A DNA stretch of 64,000 nt from Octopus sinensis. Its lineage: Eukaryota. Shown here in pieces: positions 48,200-58,501 of the stretch; the first letter of the stretch is position 1; each line of letters starts with the position of its first letter. The stretch is taken from NCBI RefSeq assembly GCF_006345805.1, contig NC_043022.1:7192001-7256000 (forward strand). Reading direction: 5' to 3'. The position numbers were made by a program, and so were the translations under genes. Under the pieces are notes generated by a model. That model saw nothing but the letters and a program-made list of their open reading frames with translations. It was not told the DNA's origin and searched no databases.

Positions 48200-49560
48200 A
48201 ATTCACAGAATTTAAAAATGAACTGAGAGAAATAATTCAAGGCATTTATCAGGGTCCAGTTCTCAGTCCCTCCTATTCATCATCATCATCCTCCAGGCCA
48301 TAACAGAAGAGTTCAAGACTGATTGCCATTAGCCTTGTCTGGCACCTGTGTCGGTGGCACATAAAAAACACCATCCGAGCGTGGCCGTTCGCCAGCCTCG
48401 TCTGGCACCTGTGTCAGTGGCACATAAAATCACCCACTACACTCTCGGAGTGGTTGGCATTAGGAAGGGCATCCAGCTGTAGAAACACTGCCAGATCTGA
48501 CTGGCCTGGTGCAGCCTTCGGGCTCCCCAGACCCCAGTTGAACCGTCCAACCCATGCTAGCATGGAAAGCGGACGTTAAACGATGATGATGATGATGATG
48601 ATGATGATCTTGTTCTTGTAACAGAACTAGGAATGAAATTCCAGGTGTGGAAGCAAAATCTGGAATCAAAGAGCCTTAAGATTAACTTAGCAAAGACTAA
48701 GGTTCTAATAAGCAAGAAAACAGACAGGAATCTTCCACGATCAAGCAAATGGTCCTACTGAATATGTGGAAAAGGTGTACGCAGGCAGAAATTCTATATG
48801 GTGTTCCCAATGCAAGCTATGGACATAAAAGAGGTGCAGTGGGATAACTGGGAGGTGACCAGAGAAAGTGATTGTATGTGGAAGATGCATGGGAACCATA
48901 AAACCTACAGATACTCAGAAAATCAATTTTCTTGAATGGCCCAGAGGTACTGGACAATTTCTAATAGTGGAGGATGACGACAGAAAGGGTAGTGAGATGT
49001 GGGCCCAGAATGCAGAAGGCTAGAGAGGAATGAAGGTAGTATGCTCTGCTAGATGTGCAATATCTAGTGTACATGTGCAACAGAACACGTGGTGTATTGA
49101 GAGAAAAGTTGGACATAAGAGGAATTTGATGCAGAGTGCAAGAGAGAAGACTATGCTGGTTTGGTTATGTGATGCAGACAGCTGTAGATAGAAGTGCTGA
49201 TCATTTCATGGGGATGAAACTTGTGGAAGAGAGTGCCAGGAAGACATGGGACAAAGTATTGAAGGCCAATTTCAAGACACTGAGCCTTACAAAAGAGATG
49301 ACTAAGGACCAAGATATCTGGCACATTAATGTGCTCAAGGAGACCCATCCACCACAGCAGCATCAATACTGATGATGGTGCCACATTAAAAGCACCCAGT
49401 ACACTCTGTGGAGTGGTTGGTGTTAGGAAGGGCATCCAGCCATAGAAGGCATGCCAGAACAGACAATGGAGCCTGGTAAGGCCCCTGGCCTCACCATCTC
49501 TGGTCAAACTGTCCAGCCTATGCCAGCATGGAAAAGAAATCTTTAATGACAATAATGATA
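48200..49560 (+). mobile_element. Decayed RTE LINE, from RT domain to 3' end, running directly into a family B module
   Basis: GIYQGPVLS.LLFII...LQAITEEFKT; DDLVL...QVWKQNLESKSLKINLAKTKVL; Cys-rich insert; RRLCWFGYVM...KTWDKVLK...EMTKDQDIW...VLKET; a second B copy is nested at 48336-48608. Confidence 0.8.
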
Positions 49561-50006
49561 CATATAAACACTAACATATACACACACATAGACAGGCGTT
49601 GGGAAGGCTCTAGATCCAAGTTCTACAGCACAAAGTCATTTGCATTTCCACCAAGCTAAGGGTCCACAACGTTATTGTATTCCCATCACTCTTGTAGGGA
49701 TGTGGAACATGGACAGTGTATTGCAGACATATCAAACTTGAGGTTAGTTAAAATATGTTTCTGATATATTTCAACTTCTAAACACAAAGTCACTGCAGTT
49801 ACCATAGAGAAACAAAAGTTTTCTCCTGTGGTAAAAACACCATATCTGACCGATGATGACGGCTTTTAGATAAAGCTATGACTTTGAATCTGCCCAGGGT
49901 TATCCCTCCTTGATATTTGCCATTAAGCCAGTCTAAAGGGCCAGAAACACACATTTGGAAATTCTCTAGGGGAAGAAGCAATGGGAAAATACAGATTTTT
50001 ACACCT

Positions 50007-50628
50007 TTAACCCCTTACCCGACAATTATTTTGAAAATAAATGTATTTTTTCAGACATATTTTTTAATTGTTTTATTTTACTATGTTTTGAATGGTGATT
50101 TCGAGGTATATTTCAAACCTTATTTATTATGAATTTTAATTCAATAATATTGATCGTGAGGTTGTGAGCTCGAATCCCGGACCGGGCTGTGTGTTGTCTT
50201 CTTGAGCAAAGCACTTTATTTCATGTTGCTCCAGTTCACTCAGCTGTAGAAATGAGTTGCGACGTCACTGGTGCCAAGCTGTATCAGCTCTTGCCTTTCC
50301 TTTGGATAACACTGGTGGTGTGGAGAGGGGAGGCCGGTATGCATGGGCGACTGCTGGTCTTCCATAAACAACCTTGCCCGGACTTGTATCTAGGAGGGTA
50401 ACTTTCTAGGTGCAATCCCATGGTCATTCATGACCGAAGGGGGGTCTTTTAATATTGATTTTAAATTACCGCTTTGGGCAGAAACGAGTTAACCCGTTTT
50501 TAGACGAAGGAACTCGTTTGCTGTCGATTTTGGCGAGTCTATCTTTTGACGAGTTAACTCGCCAGAGATAGAAAAAAAACGATTTCGGTCAAAACGTATA
50601 TATTCGTTTCTGCCGGATAAGGGGTTAA
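50007..50628. mobile_element. piggyBac-like MITE type 3 with a nested SINE
   Basis: TTAACCCCTTACCCGACA ... TGCCGGATAAGGGGTTAA. Confidence 0.65.
50155..50449 (+). mobile_element. CORE-type SINE, same subfamily as 44773-45041
   Basis: B box GAGCTCGAATCCC, CORE-like block; 10-bp TSD TAATATTGAT at 50145-50154 and 50450-50459. Confidence 0.85.
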
Positions 50629-51826
50629 CCATAAGTGAGAATTTTTTTTTTTTTTTTTTCTAAAGTAACTGCAGTGAATTTACTTTTAGAAGTTAAAATA
50701 TGTCCCAAACATATCTTAACCAACCTAAAGTTCATTTACTACTAATCACAGCTTGGCACTGCTGCTGTGTGTGTGTGTGTGTTTAGCAGAAGTAACAGAG
50801 GGACTCAAGGTCCAAGAGTTTCAAGTACCAGTTACGCACTGGGGTCGATATAATCGAGCTAATCCGTTTGTCCTCTCTGTGTTTAGCCCCTTGTGGGTAA
50901 TAAAGAATTAGGTACTTATCAATGTATGTATGTGTTTGTGTAAACAGCTACTGAAATGGTGGGGGGGGGGATATGACAGATGGAAGGTAGGCAGGGTTTT
51001 TTTTTATGTATAACTAGAAGAGAACAGCTCTGTCACTGCATAACTCTTGATTTTGTTTGAGCGATTACAACTAAGGGTACATACGTTTGAGGAATGTTGA
51101 GAGAGAGAGAGAGAAATATTTGTGTGAAGGAGAGAGAGAAAGAGAATTAGTTGTGAAGAGGCTCCTGAACAGTCTACACGTTTTGAAATCTTTGTCTGTC
51201 TAACAGCTACTAACCATCCCATTAACTACACTACATACCAAATGTGGGGTTTGTGGTAAAAACCTTCACCAATCACCTTTATGAGGTCACCTAAACTGCT
51301 AGAAATAGTAGCGCAATCTCTCCTCCATTACACCTAACAGACTTCATAAATGGCAAGGCAAGGAGAACGCTATTGATCACGGTTAGACTTTGCCTTTCAT
51401 CCTTTCGGGGTCGATAAATAAAGTACCAGTTACGCACTGGGGTCGATGTAATCGACTTAATCCGTTTGTCTGTCCTTGTTTGTCCCCTCTATGTTTAGCC
51501 CCTTGTGGGTAGTAAAGAAATATATTGATCACGGTTAGATCCCTTTGATCCTAGATGTGGTCAATCAGCGTTGACCTGGGGCTAAATAACTACCACTTCA
51601 TACTAAATACTCCGTTGTTTGATGTCACATATTTTTCTATTTTGTTTTGTGTTTTATAATTCAATACCTAAAGCTACCAATAATAGCCGTTGTGGAGGTG
51701 GTGGTTTGACAACTGCTTAGCACTGGCTATTCTTAGCAAATTAATCTGGAAAGTGGAAGACGGATACGAAGAGGGAGGTGCGGCAAGAAATTCACAGACA
51801 CAGAAACAACATACACACACACACAA

Positions 51827-51860
<34 letters not shown>

Positions 51861-52225
51861 TTGTGTAACAGACGGACTATATAAAGATATACTGGTACAG
51901 AAAGGAAGAGGGTGGGGATGGAAGGTGCGAAAGGATGTAGTATTAAGCCAGATTATTTCTTCTTAATCCGACGCCAAATACAAAAGCAACCAGCCCAGCC
52001 AGCCAGATTGACTGAGACGTCCAGCCAGCCAGGAGCGACGATGACAAAGTAGGAGTCAGGGGGAAGATGGTGTTAGTGTGAGGAGGAGAAGAGAGAGCGA
52101 GAGATAGGAAAGGAGAGAGAGTGAGTGAGAGAAATGGGGGGAGGGATAATGTGGGAAAACAAAAGAGAATTATTGATCGTCGGAGACACAAAACAACAAC
52201 AACATTCGAATATATGTGTACATAC

Positions 52226-52244
52226 AACTTTTAATCGCCATCAT
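52226..52244 (-). CDS. Candidate first coding exon portion (MMAIKS, phase 1) of an unidentified host gene
   Basis: Minus strand GACTGCC-ATGATGGCGATTAAAAGTT|GTATGT: Kozak-like context and canonical donor, preceded by a long pyrimidine-rich leader; product not recognised. Confidence 0.25.
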
Positions 52245-52589
52245 GGCAGTCGCTCGATTTGTTAAAAGAAACAACCAAATCTCCCTCAAACCACGGGAAA
52301 TAAAGCATTAGAAATGTAGTCCTAGATATACTCGGAAAAAAAAATAAACGAGATGGTCACGGTTGGGGAATGTGATCGTGCTAGTCTGCTGAATCGAAGA
52401 CAACATCTCTAACCAAATAACATTAATTATAACCACCAGTAGTAGTAGTAGTAGTAGTAGTAGCAGCAGCAGCAATAATTTAGTGAAGGTAGGCGGGGAT
52501 ATGAAGCAGGTAGAGAGGAGGAGGAGGAGAAGAAGGCTAAGAAAAAGCAAAGACTGGAAGACAAAGGGAAGGAAACAAAGGAAAAGGCG

Positions 52590-52800
52590 AAGCAACGAAA
52601 CACGGTGGCGGCCAAGTATAGGGAGGGGGCGTCCTTTCTGGAGCGGAGAAAAGAGCTTCTGTTCCGGTTACATTACAAAGAGTATGTATGTCGTCGGTGG
52701 TAGGAAAATATCGAGAAAAGTTAACTGCCAGTTATTTTAGCAATATTTATACTAACCTTGACACTAACCCTAACCCTAACCACGTGGCCAAGTGTCTTCT
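52590..52800 (-). promoter_or_regulatory. Candidate promoter region
   Basis: Locally CpG-richer unique sequence with CCGGAA, GGGAGGGGGCG, CACGTG and (CTAACC)n motifs upstream of the candidate exon. Confidence 0.25.
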
Positions 52801-52949
52801 GCTGCTGCAGCCTTAAGCAAGTAAGTTTGGTGGTAAAAGGAAACCGAAAGAAGCCCGTTGCGTGTGTGTTGTGTTTCCACATGTGTCACCAGTGTTGGGT
52901 GTGTTTGTCCACATAACTTAGCGGTTCAGCAAAAGACTTTAGAATTTTT

Positions 52950-53747
52950 GGATCTTTTCCTTTTGAACGGCAGTTTGTAACATAATTTCTAGGTAACTAA
53001 AAAATTTTAAACTTCGTATACTGGTAGAATGTGTTTATAAAACATCATTTTCTCTTGGCTTTATTGAGAAAATTGTATAGGTTGTAACATATTTCGTCTT
53101 TAATTTCTTGCATTTCGACAATTTTAACCAATCACTGGCGTCCATTTAGCTAAATAACATTCTGTGCATAATGAATATGTCCCTCCTTTAAGAAACAGAT
53201 TGGGTTTATTTACATTTGTGAAGAAAAAAGATACCCTTCCCCCACCCCTAACCCTAACTAACCCTAAATCTAAAACAGATTGAAATGCAATAGATCTATA
53301 CTAGGGTTATAATTATGGGTGACAATTTCATACGACACCGTTATGTTTTTTTATAGCGGTGTTGCATGAAATTGTCACCTATAATTATAACCCTAGTATC
53401 GATCTATTGCATTTCAATCTATTTTAGATTTAGGGTTAGTTAGGGTTAGGGGTGGGGGAAGGGTATCTTTTTTCTTCACAAATGTAAATAAACCCAATCT
53501 GTTTCTTAAAGGAGGGACATATTCATTATGCACAGAATGTTATTTAGCTAAATGGACGCCAGTGATTGGTTAAAATTGTCGAAATGCAAGAAATTAAAGA
53601 CGAAATATGTTACAACCTATACAATTTTCTCAATAAAGCCAAGAGAAAATGATGTTTTATAAACACATTCTACCAGTATACGAAGTTTAAAACTTTTTAG
53701 TTACCTAGAAATTATGTTACAAACTGCCGTTCAAAAGGAAAAGACCT
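52950..53747. mobile_element. Foldback element, about 395-bp arms and 8-nt loop, same termini as 33373-34078
   Basis: GGATCTTTTCCTTTTGAACGGCA terminus; flanks GAATTTTT / GAATCTTT; internal TAACCC/GGGTTA motifs. Confidence 0.85.
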
Positions 53748-53754
53748 GAATCTT

Positions 53755-54146
53755 TTACTCTTTTGTTTCAGTCATTTGACTGCGGCCATACTGGAGCACT
53801 GCCTTTAGTCGAGCAAATCGACTTCAGGACTTATTCTTTGTAAGCCTAGTACTTATTCTATCGGTCTCTTTTGCCGAACTGCTAGGTGACGGGGACGTAA
53901 ACACAACAGCATTGATTGTCAAGCAATGTTGGGTGGGGGACAAACACAGACACACACAAACATATACGACGAGCTTCTTTCAGTTTCTGTCTACCAAATC
54001 CACTCACAAGGCTTTGGTCAACCCAAGGCTATAGTAGAAGACACTTGCCCAAGGTGCCACACAATAGGACTGAACCTGGAACCATGTGGTTCGTAAGCAA
54101 GCTACTTATCACACAGCAACTCCTACACCTGCTATATATACATATG

Positions 54147-54177
<31 letters not shown>

Positions 54178-54345
54178 GTAGTACAGGCTTCTTTCAGTTT
54201 CTGTCTACCAAATCCACTCACAAGGCTTTGGTCAACCCAAGGCTATAGTAGAAGACACTTGCCCAAGGTGCCACACAATAGGACTGAACCTGGAACCATG
54301 TGGTTAGGAAACAAGCTTTTTACCACACAGCCACTCCTGCACATA
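53755..54345 (-). mobile_element. Family A SINE with duplicated 5' head
   Basis: Head segment present at about 53985-54125 and again at about 54185-54340. Confidence 0.8.
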
Positions 54346-54876
54346 TAGAATAAGTACCAAGCTTTAAAAAAAAATTACTGGGTTGGTTCATTCAACTAAA
54401 ATACTTCAAAGTGGTGCCCTGGCATGGCCACAGTCTAACAACTGAAACAAGTAAAGGAGTAAAAAAAGTAAGAGTATCCCATCAGAAAGACCAGAGGCTT
54501 TCCTTTTCCTTTTAAAACAGCATTTAGAGAAAACTTGGCTGCTCTTTCTAGCAGACTGAGTGACAAGTGCTGATGTAGATTATGAAACAACTTCAGGATA
54601 TTTCACAGAAATAGAAAAGCCTTCTTTCAATTTAGATATAAAAACTCTTCCTGATTTTGGCACAAAGCCAGCAATTTTAAAAGAAGAGAAGGGAGTTACT
54701 TGATAATAGTGACCCCTAAGTATTCGACTGGTATTGTATATTTTTGATGTTGATCAGATGAAAGGCAAAGTTGACCATGGCAAGATTTGAACTCAGAATG
54801 TAATAGTAATAATAACAAAAATAACCCTTTCTCCTATAGGCACAAGGCCTGAAATTTTGATGGGAGCAGTATAGAC

Positions 54877-55307
54877 AGGAGTGGCTGTGTGGTAAGTAGC
54901 TTGCTAACCAACCACATGGTTCCAGGTTCAGTCTCACTGTGTGGCATCTTGGGCAAGTGTCTTCTGCTATAGCCCCGGGCCGACCAATGCCTTGTGAGTG
55001 GATTTGGTAGACGGAAACTGAAAGAAGCCTGTCGTATATATATAATATATATATATATAATATATATATATATGTGTGTGTGGTGTGTGTGTGTGTTTGT
55101 GTGTCTGTGTTTATCCCCCTAGCATTGCTTGACAACCGATGCTGGTGTGTTTACGTCCCCGTCACTTAGCGGTTCGGCAAAAAGAGACCGGTAGAATAAG
55201 TACTGGGCTTACAAAGAATAAGTCCCGGGGTCGATTTTCTCGACTAAAGGCGGTGCTCCAGCATGGCCACAGTCAAATTACTGAAACAAGTAAAGAGTAA
55301 AGAGTAA
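54877..55307 (+). mobile_element. Family A SINE, full length
   Basis: Consensus-like. Confidence 0.9.
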
Positions 55308-55564
55308 CCCCAGAGCTTGACTGTTTCACATTTCATTGACCCCAAAAGGATGAAGGCAAAGTGGACCTTGGGAGTATTTGAACTCAGAACATGAAGACTG
55401 GCAAACTGATGCTAAGCATCTAATCTGGCATCATAACAATTCTACCAGCTCACAGCCTGTAATAATCACAAGGACAATATACAATTTGTGTAAGGGGTAC
55501 TGTAAAAGACAAGGGAGAGAAGAGAGAAAGATGAGAAAAAGGTATTCATAATATGCAAAAAATG

Positions 55565-55900
55565 TGAGAGCAAAAGGTGCCAAACTTTGGTGTAAAAACC
55601 TACCACTCACCGCGCCACGGAAGACGCTGCCAGCTACCACCAATCAACAAAAAGGCTGGCCAGGCAGCAAAAACCCTGCGAGAGTCAAGTCTGTTGGTTC
55701 GAGGAGCACAACTATTCAACTCCATTCCGGTACATGTCAGAAATCTATCAGGATGCAGTGTGGAATCATTCAAATTGCAGCTGGATAGATACTTAAGCAC
55801 CATTAGAGATGAACCCCATCTCCCAGGATACACACAACGAGCACAAACTGACTCAAACTCGCTCCTACACATGTCAAAATTAAACAGAGAATACAACCTG
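55565..55900 (+). mobile_element. CR1-like LINE 3' end
   Basis: PNFGVKTYHSPRHGRRCQLPP...RGAQLFNSIPVHVRNLSGCSVESFKLQLDRYLSTIRDEP...SNSLL. Confidence 0.8.
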
Positions 55901-56462
55901 GCAACCACACCAGACTCTGAGGATGGAGTCTTCGACTTGGCCTGAGCATGGACTCAAACTCAAATGAAATGAAATATCTATGATGCAATCCTCTGGATAC
56001 AGAACCTCCAACTAGGGAGATTCGGGACCCCCTCCCAGACCACAAGGGCACATACCCTCACCTGCAGACAAGAGAACTGTTCTCCAATCTACAGGAACAT
56101 GCTTAGAGTATTCAACTTATTCAACCTAACGATAGATTCACTGGGAAAGAGAGAACTCCTTCTTCACCCTAACTTTCCTTTCAAAGAGGAACTTAAAAGA
56201 AGGTGATAAGGGCTGCTCCCAAGAGGAAGGGCCTATTGTCAATTCTTTCAATTTCATCCACTACACAATCTCTTCTGCCAAAGATATTAAGCAGAGGAAC
56301 AACACCCTTTAAAGCTGGATGGTTAAGGGGACCTCACAGTATTGGACTCAGCTGCCAATACTCAGTGATAAGAAAGTAATAAGAGGAAGCTATGGACCAT
56401 GTCCAGTTATGGATGAAAAAAAAAAAAAGCAGTAATAAGTGATACACACACACATATATATA

Positions 56463-56528
<66 letters not shown>

Positions 56529-56902
56529 TTTTTGTTTCAGCCATTACACTGCAGCCATGCTGGAACAGTACTTTTAGTCAGACAAATCAACCCCAGGACT
56601 TATCCTTTGTAAGCCTAGTACTTATTCCATCGGTCTCTTTTGCTGAAACGCTAAGTTACAGGGACATACACCCACTAACTGCGGTTGTCAAGCAATAGTG
56701 TAGGGACAAACACAGAAACAAACATATATATATGTACAAAAGGCTTCTCTAAGTTTCTGTCTACCAAATCCACTCACAAAGCTTTGGTCAGCCCAAGGTT
56801 ATAGCAGAAGACATTTGCCCAAAGTGCCACACAGTATGGGACTGAACCCAGAACCATGTCATTGGAAAGCAAGCTTCTTACCACACAGCCATGCTTGCAC
56901 CT

Positions 56903-57251
56903 ATCATCATCATCATCATCATCGTTTAACGTCCGTTCTCCATGCTAGCATGGGTTGGACGGTTCGACCGGGGATCTGGGAAGCCAGAAGGCTACACCAT
57001 GCTCCGGTCTTATCTGGCAATGTTTCTACAGCTGGATGCCCTTCCTAACGCCAACCACTCCGTGAGTGTAGTGGGTGCTTTTTACGTGCCACCTGCACTG
57101 GTGCCAGGTGAGGCTGGCATCGGCCACGGTCGGATTGGTGCATTTTACACACCAATAGCAGAAGACACTTGCCCAAGATGCCACGCAGTGGGACTGAACC
57201 CGAAACCATGTGGTTGGTTAGCAAGCTACTTACCACACAGCCACTCCTGCG

Positions 57252-57255
<4 letters not shown>
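56903..57255 (-). mobile_element. Family B module fused to a family A head
   Basis: B module at 56903-57140, then TAGCAGAAGACACTTGCCC...CCACTCCTGCGCC. Confidence 0.8.
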
Positions 57256-57289
<34 letters not shown>

Positions 57290-57363
57290 CACACACACAC
57301 ATATATATATATACACACACATACACACACATATATATATATATATACATATACATACTTTAT

Positions 57364-57473
57364 TTAAAAGCAGCAGAAATACAACAAAAGCTGTTACTCA
57401 GAGTTTCATGTTCCCACTCATCGGAATGTGAAACTCTGAGCAACAGCTTTTGTTATATTTCTGCTGCTTTTAA
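57364..57473. repeat. Hairpin with about 50-bp arms
   Basis: TTAAAAGCAGCAGAAATA...GTTCC / GGAATG...TATTTCTGCTGCTTTTAA. Confidence 0.92.
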
Positions 57474-57702
57474 GTAAAACATATTACTCTACCTCTGGTA
57501 TTTTTTCCACCTATATGTGCTTACTCCAGTATATATATATATATATATAATATATATATATATAAACAAACTTAAGTTTGTTTTTGAAGTGCTGAACTGT
57601 ATTATAGTACAAGTAGAAAGATATATTTATCAACGCGTAAGATATTGATATAACAGTATATATGGTACTGTGTATATATTGATATAACAGTATATATGTG
57701 TC

Positions 57703-57950
57703 ATCTCTTGTGAAAGGTAGGAGAGTCCAGTTTGCTGGACATTGTTGTAGAGCTGAAACAGAAGTAATTTCTACTCTTCTCCTCTGGAAGCCATCTACTC
57801 TTGATACCAGAGGGCGCACACTCTCCTACCCTGATGTAATCTCCATCCAGCAACAGGACCTCCGTAATGCCATGATGGACCGTGAAGTCTGGCGTAGCAT
57901 GGTAAATTCCATTGTCTCGACCACGGTCGAACAATGATGATGATGATATA
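57703..57950 (+). mobile_element. RTE-X LINE 3' end (duplicated at 59087-59334)
   Basis: SSLVKGRRVQFAGHCCRAETEVISTLLLWKPS...DREVWRSMVNSIVSTTVEQ; same family as 7654-8019. Confidence 0.85.
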
Positions 57951-57981
57951 TGGTACAATATCCCTTACAGAGCAGAAAATC

Positions 57982-58050
57982 TGAGCCATGAGAATCGAAC
58001 TCACATCCCTTTGATTTCTGGTCAAGTGCTCTACTGTTAGGTTAAACTCC
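57982..58050 (-). pseudogene. tRNA-like fragment (SINE head or tRNA pseudogene); duplicated near 59366-59434
   Basis: GGAGTTTAACCTAACAGTAGAGCAC-TTGACCAGAAATCAA-...GTGAGTTCGATTCTCA: D-, anticodon- and T-arm-like motifs, poor acceptor stem. Confidence 0.4.
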
Positions 58051-58117
58051 TTTACTGACAAATTCTTCTGCAATTTAGAACTTATAATAATAATAACAAT
58101 AATAATAATTTTGAAAA

Positions 58118-58280
58118 ATACCTTAGGAATGAGAACCCAGGTGCGAAGTTTCCCCCAAGACACCTGATGAAGGCTGGAGGGTATACCAGCCAAAATATTG
58201 TGTTAACAACAAGATGAGGACAAATACTCATCAAATGTAAATAATGTACATAATTCCTCATCTCTTAAATATAGCACTGT
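58118..58280 (+). mobile_element. Penelope-like terminal remnant with degenerate hammerhead (duplicated at about 59502-59665)
   Basis: ACAC-CTGATGA-A-GGCTGG-AGGGTATA-CCAGCC-AAAA-TATT-GTGT. Confidence 0.6.
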
Positions 58281-58470
58281 ACACACATATATATATATAT
58301 ATATATACATATATACATATACATAACTACACCAACCACATGGTTTCGGGTTCAGTCCCACTACATGGCACCTTGGGCAAGTGTCTTCTACTATAGCCTC
58401 GGGCCGACCAAAGCCTTGTGAGTGGATTTGGTAGACGGAAACTGAAAGAAGCCCGTCGTATATATGTATG

Positions 58471-58501
<31 letters not shown>

